Part shown: positions 35,232-43,374 of the stretch, piece after piece
Numbering within the stretch: position 1 is the first letter of the stretch
Layout of the letters: each line of letters begins with the position of its first letter
Assembly: GCA_016181765.1 (NCBI GenBank)
Contig: JACOYR010000004.1
Span: 35,320-99,319, forward strand
Source of the DNA: Parcubacteria group bacterium
GTDB lineage: Bacteria > Patescibacteriota > Patescibacteriia > UBA2169
Direction of reading: 5' to 3'
Length of the DNA: 64,000 nt
Translations under genes and position numbers: made by a program
Notes under the pieces: model-generated
Seen by the model: only the letters and a program-made list of their open reading frames with translations
The model's database searches: none
What the model was told of the DNA's origin: nothing

Positions 35232-36464
35232 TTATTTTCTTGCTATTTTTTCCATAATTTTATGGTCATTTCCGAATCTGCACATCGCATCGCAGTTTCC
35301 ACTAAGATCTGACGATAAGATGTATCGTATGTCCAATCCCTTTTCTTTGACCGATGGTCTGCTGAGTTGGATTTTAATATCTTTTTCTCTTTCATCCGGT
35401 ATCGCAATGTAAAGTTTTGAACTATGTAATGGCAATGACAGTGATAAATCAGCAAGCCGCAAAATACCTGAATAAATTGATGTGCTTTTTTCTACTTCAA
35501 AAGCGCACACAATTATATTCGTGCCTTTTACAAACCAAACAACATCAATCAAACAAATAGTCTTGAATATATCTTGGTTTACATCTAACTCGGGAAACTT
35601 ATTTAAGCTGATGAAAGAAAATTTATTATCCCGATAGGTCTTTGAACGATCATTTGCGGCGGCAATTACGTCATATCCGAGTGCGTGGCCGATCTTAAGT
35701 AATTGATATTGCATCTCTGTATGCAATTCATCTTCGTGTTTTTCATTCTCAACTTTTGAATGGCGTTTATGAAGTTGTGCCAATATTTTTTCCCGATCTT
35801 TTTCTGAAAGTGACGCTCCTTTATCCACTAAAATATTGTTTGCCCCTATTTCGAATAAAAATCCCGCAAATGCACCTAAATCATTTGAAAAATGCCTTAG
35901 AAATTCATTATTTTTTTGAATTATTATCTCTCTCATTTTTAAGTATTCTTTCCAAGAACCCAATTTGATTTTTTCACGAAATAAAGTATTAAAACCTTTT
36001 ACGATTGCCGTATTGCATGGCGGAATAATTGTTGGATGCAGAAAATATAAAATACTACCAACTGCAGGTCCAAGCCCTTTAATATTTTTTTCATTCAGTT
36101 TTATGATTTCCGATATGATTGTTTCTTTGTTTGAGGTATTTAAACAATTTTCTAAAAATTGACCGAAATATTTTTTATTTTCCTGATTTTCATAGATATC
36201 CGGTATTCTTAATTTCGGTTTCCAATAAAATGGATGAGCCGCCCCTTCAAATACTTCTTTTTGTTCAGTAATGCAATTAAGAACAAACTCCAGTGAACTG
36301 CCCTTAAAGTCGTTTGGGAAATGCCCATTTTTTATGTCGTCAATTACCTGAATTACACCTCTTCTTACAGAACGAAAAGCTTTCAGTCTCTCTTCGCTAT
36401 TTACAAACCAAGTATGGTAAACCAAGTCATGGTTGTTTTTATATTGTTTGATAAGCTCGTCCAT
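35232..36464 (-). CDS. putative PD-(D/E)xK-fold nuclease with HhH-like motif (restriction-endonuclease-like)
   Basis: 410 aa and AT-rich. IKGLGPAVGSILYFLHP resembles a helix-hairpin-helix. Near the C-terminus IDVVWF..IIVCAFEVEKS fits the D..(D/E)xK nuclease core. No adjacent methyltransferase. Confidence 0.4.
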   Translation of the reverse strand: MDELIKQYKNNHDLVYHTWFVNSEERLKAFRSVRRGVIQVIDDIKNGHFPNDFKGSSLEFVLNCITEQKEVFEGAAHPFYWKPKLRIPDIYENQENKKYFGQFLENCLNTSNKETIISEIIKLNEKNIKGLGPAVGSILYFLHPTIIPPCNTAIVKGFNTLFREKIKLGSWKEYLKMREIIIQKNNEFLRHFSNDLGAFAGFLFEIGANNILVDKGASLSEKDREKILAQLHKRHSKVENEKHEDELHTEMQYQLLKIGHALGYDVIAAANDRSKTYRDNKFSFISLNKFPELDVNQDIFKTICLIDVVWFVKGTNIIVCAFEVEKSTSIYSGILRLADLSLSLPLHSSKLYIAIPDEREKDIKIQLSRPSVKEKGLDIRYILSSDLSGNCDAMCRFGNDHKIMEKIARK

Positions 36465-36575
36465 AATCTAAAGATACCTTTTATGATTATTTCTAAAACC
36501 ATTAGTGGAAAGAAATACTAAAACTTTTCATTATTTCGCCTAACTACTTGCTACCCCAAACACGCACAATGTGTA

Positions 36576-37265
36576 CTATTTCTTTTGCTTAAAAATAAAT
36601 ATCACAAACAAACCTATAACCACAAAATCAATCGCACCCCACAACGTCTTGTTATACAAATAAATAGGCATGATTGGATTAAACAGAATAGCAACAGCTA
36701 CAAAGCACCAAAACCAAAATCCTTTTTTCCGCAATGCCCGGTATAAGTAGTAGGCGTAGTAAATAGACGAGGCAGTCACAATAATCTTGGTAATAGTATA
36801 AAAACCATACGGCATCGGAAATACTGACAGAAACAGCACTATTGAGCTTACTATGGCGGGCCATCGGTAGAATTCAAGTTTGGAATGAACATGCGCCATA
36901 TGATTTTGCTCTGATTTTATCTTATTTGAGTGTAATAAATCCGTATTACGGCCATTTTCTTCTGTCTTTTCTACACTAGAAACATCACCGCCTAACAAAT
37001 ATATGCCATTTTTATAAACCACGACATCATGGCCAATAATCGTATTTATCTTATAACGATATTGCCTAATATGGTCTTCGGAGTAATCCTTTTCCCTATC
37101 CAAAAAATCGCCAATATCCGTTACTGTACCTTGCTTATTTGCGCATAAAAAAACAAGCACGCGGTAAGCGTTGCCGGTTAAGCGTAACTCCTTATTATGT
37201 TCATCAAAAACTTGCCTGCTATTAGTATCTAAACTAAAAAATTTATGTTTATACAACATATTCAT
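36576..37265 (-). CDS. ToxR/CadC-like membrane-anchored transcriptional regulator (OmpR-type winged HTH + C-terminal TM domain)
   Basis: 229 aa. The N-terminal ~90 aa (..ELRLTGNAYRVLVFLCANKQGTVTD..L..) fit the OmpR/PhoB C-terminal wHTH pattern. The C-terminal half has 3-4 TM helices. Confidence 0.5.
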   Translation of the reverse strand: MNMLYKHKFFSLDTNSRQVFDEHNKELRLTGNAYRVLVFLCANKQGTVTDIGDFLDREKDYSEDHIRQYRYKINTIIGHDVVVYKNGIYLLGGDVSSVEKTEENGRNTDLLHSNKIKSEQNHMAHVHSKLEFYRWPAIVSSIVLFLSVFPMPYGFYTITKIIVTASSIYYAYYLYRALRKKGFWFWCFVAVAILFNPIMPIYLYNKTLWGAIDFVVIGLFVIFIFKQKK

Positions 37266-37427
37266 CTCGTATTGTTGCTGTCAATCTATCATTTTCCAGC
37301 CTAAAAATCAACCCAAAACTCCCGCCTCCTCGGTGGGCAGACGGCTCATCCCAAAACAGCCGATCGGCTCATTTACACCATTTGAGCCGATCGCGGCCCG
37401 GATATGAGCCGATTTACCATCCCCCAA

Positions 37428-37464
37428 CCACCCCCTCGCCCCCTCCTTGGTAAAGGAGGGGGAA
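37428..37464. repeat. GC-hairpin repeat element (island / pilus-operon boundary, copy 1)
   Basis: CCACCCCCTCGCCCCCTCCTT-ggta-AAGGAGGGGGAA. Confidence 0.7.
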
Positions 37465-37508
37465 TTAATCGCGGCCGCTTGAAGCGTCCGCGCCACTCCC
37501 TATCATCC

Positions 37509-37543
37509 CCTTGTATCAAATCATCACTTTCTGGTATAATACA
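37509..37543 (+). promoter_or_regulatory. putative sigma70 promoter (extended -10) for the pilus operon
   Basis: TTGTAT (-35), 18 nt spacer, TGgTATAAT, about 75 nt upstream of the pilB ATG. The leader contains a GC-hairpin repeat element. Confidence 0.45.
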
Positions 37544-37562
37544 CACAGGCAAAAATATCACC

Positions 37563-37602
37563 ACCCCCTTGCCCCCTCCTTAAAATAAAAGGAGGGGGAA
37601 CG
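37563..37602. repeat. GC-hairpin repeat element (pilB leader, copy 2)
   Basis: CCACCCCCTTGCCCCCTCCTT-aaaataa-AAGGAGGGGGAA. Confidence 0.7.
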
Positions 37603-37617
37603 CGAAAGTAAAATAAA

Positions 37618-39384
37618 ATGCTCTCCGATAAAAAAACAAAAGAAATACTGGAACAAAACAATCTCCTTGAGGCAAGCGAAGTTGCCAAGTACCAGGAAGA
37701 GGCGGAAAAGAAGAATCTTCAGCTGGATGACTACCTGCTCCAGGCAGGGGTCGTGACCGAAGACATCCTCTACAGCGCGGTCGCAACCACGCACCAGGCG
37801 CCGTTTGTGAACCTCAAGGACCAGGCCATTGATAAGGATGTCCTGTTTTTGATACCCGAGCCCATTGCCACCACCTACCACATCATCGCGTTCGCGAAGA
37901 CGGATAAGGACATTTCGGTTGCCATGATTGACCCGGATGACGTGCAGACCATTGAGTTCATCCAGCGCAAAACGAGCCTGCCCGTAAAAGTGCACATCGC
38001 GACCCCGAGCGCCATTGCCGAGGCTGCCAAAGCCTACCACCAGAGCCTGGAAACCGAGCTTGCGGGCATCAACAAAAAAACCGGCGGAATCGGAGTGGGC
38101 GCGGAACTGCCGGAGAAGGATGAAAACGGCAAACCCAAGGACTTGGAAAACCTGGCCCGGGACGTGCCCGTGATCCGCGTGGTGGACACTTTGCTTGAGT
38201 ACGCAATTTTTGAAGGGGCCTCGGACATCCACATAGAGCCCGGCGAAATCAACCTGCTCATCCGGTTCAGGATTGACGGAATCCTGCGCGAGGTCATGAA
38301 TCTGCCGCGCGCGCTCGCGGACGGGATTGTGGCGCGCATCAAAATCCTCTCCAACTTAAAGCTTGACGAGCACCGGCTCCCCCAGGACGGCAGGTTTAAG
38401 ATTGAAACCAAAGACTACAAAATATCGTTCCGCGTGTCCATCATCCCGGTGTTTGACGGGGAAAAGGTGGTGATGCGCTTGCTGGATGAGGGAAAGAAAA
38501 TGCTTGATTTGCCCGCGCTCGGGTTGAATGACCAGGCCCTGGAACTCGTAAAGCAGAACATTGCAAAGCCGCACGGCATGATTCTCGTGACCGGGCCAAC
38601 CGGCTCCGGCAAGACGACCACCTTGTACACCATGATGCACATTTTGAATACCCCGAAGGTGAACATCTCAACCATTGAGGACCCCATTGAGTACCGCATG
38701 CCCCGCATCAACCAGTCCCAGGTAAACCCCAAGATTGAATTCACGTTCGCGCGCGGGCTTCGCGCACTGTTGCGGCAGGACCCAAACATCATCATGGTCG
38801 GCGAGATTCGCGACTCGGAGACCGCGAACATTGCCGTGAACGCGGCCATGACCGGGCATTTGGTGCTCTCCACCTTGCACACCAATGACGCGCCCACCAC
38901 GCTCCCCCGCTTGGTTGACATGGGTATTGAGCCGTTCCTGGTTTCAACCACCGTAAACGTGATCATGGCCCAGCGGTTGGTGCGCAAGCTCTGCAAGCAC
39001 TGCCTCACCAGCTACACCATGACTGCTGATGAGGTGAAGAGGCTGGAAAAGGACCACGGCATTAACCTGGCAACACTCATGGCGCTCGTGTCCAAGGCAG
39101 AGGGAGACCAAACGGGCGCCGAAGACGTCGGGGCCATCCTGTTCTTTAAGGGCAAGGGCTGCAACAAATGCGGGGGACAAGGCTACAAGGGCAGAATCGG
39201 GATTTACGAAGTCCTGCCCATGACCGATTCCATGAAGCACCTGGTGTCAAGCGGGGCCACTTCCCAAGAGATCCATGACGAAGCGCGCAAAGCAGGCATG
39301 ATCACCATCCTGGAAGACGGGTTCTTGAAAGCCAAGCAGGGCATTACGAGCATTGAGGAAGTGTTGAGGGTCACTAAAGAGTAA
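37618..39384 (+). CDS. pilB: type IV pilus assembly ATPase PilB (GspE-family)
   Basis: 588 aa. N-terminal GspE_N-like domain, Walker A GPTGSGKTTTLY, Asp box, Walker B and a tetra-Cys motif CKHC..CNKCGG. Confidence 0.9.
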   Translation: MLSDKKTKEILEQNNLLEASEVAKYQEEAEKKNLQLDDYLLQAGVVTEDILYSAVATTHQAPFVNLKDQAIDKDVLFLIPEPIATTYHIIAFAKTDKDISVAMIDPDDVQTIEFIQRKTSLPVKVHIATPSAIAEAAKAYHQSLETELAGINKKTGGIGVGAELPEKDENGKPKDLENLARDVPVIRVVDTLLEYAIFEGASDIHIEPGEINLLIRFRIDGILREVMNLPRALADGIVARIKILSNLKLDEHRLPQDGRFKIETKDYKISFRVSIIPVFDGEKVVMRLLDEGKKMLDLPALGLNDQALELVKQNIAKPHGMILVTGPTGSGKTTTLYTMMHILNTPKVNISTIEDPIEYRMPRINQSQVNPKIEFTFARGLRALLRQDPNIIMVGEIRDSETANIAVNAAMTGHLVLSTLHTNDAPTTLPRLVDMGIEPFLVSTTVNVIMAQRLVRKLCKHCLTSYTMTADEVKRLEKDHGINLATLMALVSKAEGDQTGAEDVGAILFFKGKGCNKCGGQGYKGRIGIYEVLPMTDSMKHLVSSGATSQEIHDEARKAGMITILEDGFLKAKQGITSIEEVLRVTKE

Positions 39385-39388
39385 GCTG

Positions 39389-40591
39389 ATGGAAGAACAA
39401 ACAACCACTGAAAATGCGCCCTTGAAAACCGGCGCGCACAAGAAGATTGAGCAGAATTCCGGAACGTCCACCGGAGCTTTTGAAGCGCTTGAGCAAAAGA
39501 TTTTAAATCCCCAGGGAATCAACGCCAAGTTTGACAAGTGGACTGATTTCGCGCGCGCGGTCAAGGAAGAAGAAAAAATATTCTTTACCCAGAATTTGGG
39601 AGTGATGTTAAAGAGCGGCCTCTCCGCTTCGCGCGCCCTGCGGACCTTGACCCTGCAGTCATCCAACCCCAAGTTCCAACGCGCTCTGGCTGTGATTACG
39701 CGCTCCGTGGAAAAAGGCCAGCCCATCGCGACTGCCATGGAAGCGTACACCAGCATATTTCCCCCGATATTCGTAAACATGATACGCGCCGGGGAGAAAT
39801 CCGGCCAGCTGGAGCGCGTATTGAAAGAGCTCACCAACCAGCTCAAGCGCTCGCACGAATTGCGCGCCAAAGTAAAAGGCGCCATGATGTACCCGGTGGT
39901 GGTGATGGTGGCAATGATCCTGATCGGCGCGGGCATGCTGGTGTTCGTGATTCCAAAACTGCTCGGCATCTTTAAGGAGGTGAATGCGGAACTGCCCTTG
40001 CCCACCCAAATCCTGATTACCGTAAGCACTGCGCTGAATGAGCACATCCTCATTTACGGGCCCGCGTTTGTCCTCTCGGTTGGGGCGTTGATATACGCGA
40101 CCCGGAAAGGGCCGGGCCAGCGCATATGGCACTCAATGATTTTGCGCATGCCCGTGATTTCAAAAATCGCGGTCAAAATCAATCTCGCCAAAATCGCGCG
40201 CACCCTGGGGTCTTTGATGGCAACGGACATGCCGGTTGTTGATTCGTTGAAATTAACCGGCGGCGTGGTATCAAACATTCACTACCGCCTGTCCTTGGCG
40301 GCGGTTGCCGGCGAGGTGGAAAAGGGCAAAACAATCTCCTCGGAGCTTGGCAATTTCAGCAAGCTCTACCCCCCGGTTGCCCAGCAGATGATACAGGTGG
40401 GCGAGGAAACCGGGGAAATCGGGAATATCCTGATACAGCTCGCGGAGTTCTACGAGGAAGACGTCAAGCAGACCATGGAATCCCTGCCCACCATCATTGA
40501 ACCGATTATGATATTAATCCTCGGGGGGGCCGTGGGAGGCATGGCAATCGCGGTCATCATGCCCATGTTCTCTTTAGCAAATGCTGTGTAG
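39389..40591 (+). CDS. pilC: type IV pilus platform protein PilC (GspF-family)
   Basis: 400 aa with two GspF repeats and three TM segments. Immediately downstream of pilB. Confidence 0.85.
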   Translation: MEEQTTTENAPLKTGAHKKIEQNSGTSTGAFEALEQKILNPQGINAKFDKWTDFARAVKEEEKIFFTQNLGVMLKSGLSASRALRTLTLQSSNPKFQRALAVITRSVEKGQPIATAMEAYTSIFPPIFVNMIRAGEKSGQLERVLKELTNQLKRSHELRAKVKGAMMYPVVVMVAMILIGAGMLVFVIPKLLGIFKEVNAELPLPTQILITVSTALNEHILIYGPAFVLSVGALIYATRKGPGQRIWHSMILRMPVISKIAVKINLAKIARTLGSLMATDMPVVDSLKLTGGVVSNIHYRLSLAAVAGEVEKGKTISSELGNFSKLYPPVAQQMIQVGEETGEIGNILIQLAEFYEEDVKQTMESLPTIIEPIMILILGGAVGGMAIAVIMPMFSLANAV

Positions 40592-40621
40592 AGCCAAAGG
40601 GTTTGCAGGGGGCGCCATTTA

Positions 40622-41074
40622 ATGCAAAAATTCAAAAATAAGTTTAAGGCGCTCACGCTGATTGAACTTTTGGCGGTGATTGCAATCATGGGTGTGCTCG
40701 CTTCAATAAGCGCGGGCTTTATCCGCGCGTACCAGCCCAACATTAAGCTGTACACGGAAACACGGCAGCTGCACGAGGCCCTGGAGGAAGCGCGTTCGCG
40801 CACCATCGCGGAACAGCAGGCGTACGGGGTCAGATTTTTCCGGGAACAGGGCCGGTACGAGCTCGTAAGCCTGGAGGGAGCCGGCACGGTGATTGGCGCC
40901 TACACCCTGCCCAATGAAGTATGGTTCGCAAGCATTGCGGCGTTTGAAAATGATACGGCCCAATTCAACAAAGCAGGGGCTGCGCGCGAATCCGGGGACG
41001 TGGCGCTCCAAAATTCAAACAGCGACCAGCGCACCGTATCCATCAACCCTTCGGGGTACATAGAAACCAAATAA
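40622..41074 (+). CDS. prepilin-type N-terminal cleavage/methylation domain protein (pilin/pseudopilin)
   Basis: Class III signal peptide KALTLIELLAVIAIMGVLASIS (G/F-TLIE motif). Confidence 0.8.
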   Translation: MQKFKNKFKALTLIELLAVIAIMGVLASISAGFIRAYQPNIKLYTETRQLHEALEEARSRTIAEQQAYGVRFFREQGRYELVSLEGAGTVIGAYTLPNEVWFASIAAFENDTAQFNKAGAARESGDVALQNSNSDQRTVSINPSGYIETK

Positions 41075-41075
41075 C

Positions 41076-41498
41076 ATGAAACGCGCGCGCGACAACAGAG
41101 GCATAACATTAGTTGAAGTGCTCATCAGCATGGCCGTGCTCTCAATCGGCATCCTGGGCTTGCTCCAGGCGTTTCCGCTCGCAACCAGAACCGAGCGCTC
41201 TTTGGAAATGGAGGCCATAGCAAACCACTTGGCGCAGGAAAAGATGGAATCGTTCCAGGCGCTTGCGTATGAGGACATTGCGATTGGTACGCTTGAGAGC
41301 GGCGTGGCTGCGGACGCGGACATCACGAGCCCATTCTACATCTTTACCCGCACCACCACCGTGGCCTATGTGGACCAAAACCTCGCAACCAGCCAAACCG
41401 ACCTGGATCTCAAGCGCATCAGCATCACCATTTCCTGGCCCCGGCCTTCGGGAGCCGGCACCAGCACCACTTCGCTCGTAACGTTACGGAGCAAATAA
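41076..41498 (+). CDS. prepilin-type minor pilin (PilV/GspI-like)
   Basis: RGITLVEVLISMAVLSIGILGL prepilin leader and hydrophobic helix. Confidence 0.75.
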   Translation: MKRARDNRGITLVEVLISMAVLSIGILGLLQAFPLATRTERSLEMEAIANHLAQEKMESFQALAYEDIAIGTLESGVAADADITSPFYIFTRTTTVAYVDQNLATSQTDLDLKRISITISWPRPSGAGTSTTSLVTLRSK

Positions 41499-41499
41499 C

Positions 41500-42060
41500 A
41501 TGAAATCACAGGGCGGATTTACGCTGTTTGAAACCCTCATCGCCATGACCATTGGCGTGACGCTCTTGGGCTTGCTGTTTTCCATCTACAGCCTCTCAAC
41601 CAAGTCCCTCTCTCTCGGCCAGGCCCGGGCAGAGTTGACCCAGACTTCCCGCAGCGTGATAGAGCGCATCACCCGCGACGTCCGCGAAACGCAGAGCCTC
41701 GCATCTCCCCTTCCGCCGGACGCCGATGACCCGGGGAATCCTCCTGTATCCGAACTGCAGATGGAAGACGGGCACGCAGGGACTCTGCAATATATCCGCT
41801 ATTACCTGGACGGCGCAAATGTGGGCCGCCAAACCGTGCAGTACTACTTTATGGAAGAGCCGGAGATTTTGGTGCCGTACAACGCGGAAGACGAGCTCGG
41901 CAATCCGCCGGTGGTGAATATTATTGAAGACAATGTGGTGGGCCAGTATGTGAACAGCATGCTATTCTACGGCCAGAACCCGATATACGTTGAGCTTGAG
42001 CTTGAAAAAAACGCAGTCACGCACGCCACGCGCACCACGCTCTATGGAAGAAACCTCTAA
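41500..42060 (+). CDS. prepilin-type minor pilin (PilW/GspJ-like)
   Basis: GGFTLFETLIAMTIGVTLLGLLFS prepilin leader. Confidence 0.75.
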   Translation: MKSQGGFTLFETLIAMTIGVTLLGLLFSIYSLSTKSLSLGQARAELTQTSRSVIERITRDVRETQSLASPLPPDADDPGNPPVSELQMEDGHAGTLQYIRYYLDGANVGRQTVQYYFMEEPEILVPYNAEDELGNPPVVNIIEDNVVGQYVNSMLFYGQNPIYVELELEKNAVTHATRTTLYGRNL

Positions 42061-43261
42061 CACCAAACAAAAAGGCTTCCTCTTGATAGCTTCCCTGTTC
42101 GTGCTCTCAACCATGATGGTGATAGTCGGCTTTTACGTGTCCTCGGTAACACAGGAGGTGAAAGTCGCCTCAATCGTTGATACCGCGCCCCAGGCATACT
42201 ACCTGGCCGAAGCAGGGATTGTGGACGCGCGCTGGAAGCTTTCCAATGACGCGGCGTACAAAACGAACTTTGAGACAAACCCTTCGTGGAGCACGTCTTT
42301 TACGCGCACTGACGCGCTCATTCCCGGAGCCTCGTACGCCGTGAGCATAGAGAACAGCGGGCTCGCGAATGCCGTGATTACCGCAACCTCAACCGTGTCC
42401 GTGCGCGACACGCAAACCCAGCGCGTGGTGCGCGCGAACGCGTTTAAGGCCTTAAACGACACCCCGACCGCGGGCATTGCCGTGTACGCGAAAGGCGAAC
42501 TCTACGGAGCCGGCTCAAACGTTTCCGCAATCGGAGGTGATTTTTATGCGGGAAGCGAGATTGACTTGAATTTGTTCAGCTCCTGGACAACGGATGGGGA
42601 CGCCTTGTCAGCCGGCACGATTGACGTAAGCATTACCTCGGACCTTTCTGCAACCGGCGTGTATGACCAGGGCAATCCGCCCATTCCCGGATACATAGAC
42701 ATGCCGCAGATTGATTTTGACTCAAGCGACCCAAGCTCGTTCAAATCACGGGCAAACCAGACCTACAATACCGGAGAGTGGAACCAGCTCTTGCGCGATT
42801 TTCCGGTTTTGACTCTTGAGGGCATCACGTATGTGACCGGCAACGCGGAAATCAAAAAAGGCACCGCCCTCACCATCAACGGAATACTCGTGGCGGACGG
42901 ATCCATCAAGATCGGAAACGGCTACTCGTCCCAGCAGGACCCGGCCCGCGTGATCGTGAATAAAACACCGGGCGAGCCCTCGGGCCTCATTGCCAAGAAT
43001 GACATAGACATCGGGGGATACAGCTCGGACATAGACGTCGCGGGCCTCATCTACGCGGGCTCGCGGCTGCGCGTGCTGGACGGCATGACCCAGAACGTCA
43101 CGCTGGACGTTGCCGGCGGCATTGTGGCGCAGAACGTTGAGGTCCTGGTTGCCTGGCAGCCCCTGACCGTGACCTTTGACCAGGCCGCGGTGAGCGACGC
43201 GCTCGGAGAGCCCTTGTTCTCGCAGGTCATTATCACGGACCATTGGGAGGAAGAGTACTAA
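42044..43261 (+). CDS. PilX/GspK-like minor pilin (large, non-canonical leader)
   Basis: Start taken at MEETSNTKQKGFLLIASLFVLSTMMVIVGFYVSS. The PilX_N-like hydrophobic segment is followed by a roughly 350 aa beta-rich domain. Confidence 0.6.
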   Translation: MEETSNTKQKGFLLIASLFVLSTMMVIVGFYVSSVTQEVKVASIVDTAPQAYYLAEAGIVDARWKLSNDAAYKTNFETNPSWSTSFTRTDALIPGASYAVSIENSGLANAVITATSTVSVRDTQTQRVVRANAFKALNDTPTAGIAVYAKGELYGAGSNVSAIGGDFYAGSEIDLNLFSSWTTDGDALSAGTIDVSITSDLSATGVYDQGNPPIPGYIDMPQIDFDSSDPSSFKSRANQTYNTGEWNQLLRDFPVLTLEGITYVTGNAEIKKGTALTINGILVADGSIKIGNGYSSQQDPARVIVNKTPGEPSGLIAKNDIDIGGYSSDIDVAGLIYAGSRLRVLDGMTQNVTLDVAGGIVAQNVEVLVAWQPLTVTFDQAAVSDALGEPLFSQVIITDHWEEEY

Positions 43262-43284
43262 GTATGGTATCATACGAATGAAGG

Positions 43285-43370
43285 TGTGCAGGCGATGTAA
43301 ATTTTTTTGCGAGAATGATGGAGCGAAGCGACCCTTCGGAGTAAAAAAATTTACATCGCCGAACACCTGA
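43285..43370. repeat. large imperfect palindrome in the pilX-like / pilM intergenic region
   Basis: Perfect 18 bp arms GGCGATGTAAATTTTTTT / AAAAAAATTTACATCGCC, extendable to about 25 bp, around a 34 nt loop that has its own small hairpin (CGAAG..CTTCG). Confidence 0.6.
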
Positions 43371-43374
43371 TACT

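Noticed and set aside
35243-35455. 70 aa minus-strand ORF nested in the 3' part of the PD-(D/E)xK nuclease-like gene
   Set aside because: Alternative frame of the same strand within a longer ORF that has the better motif content. No SD.
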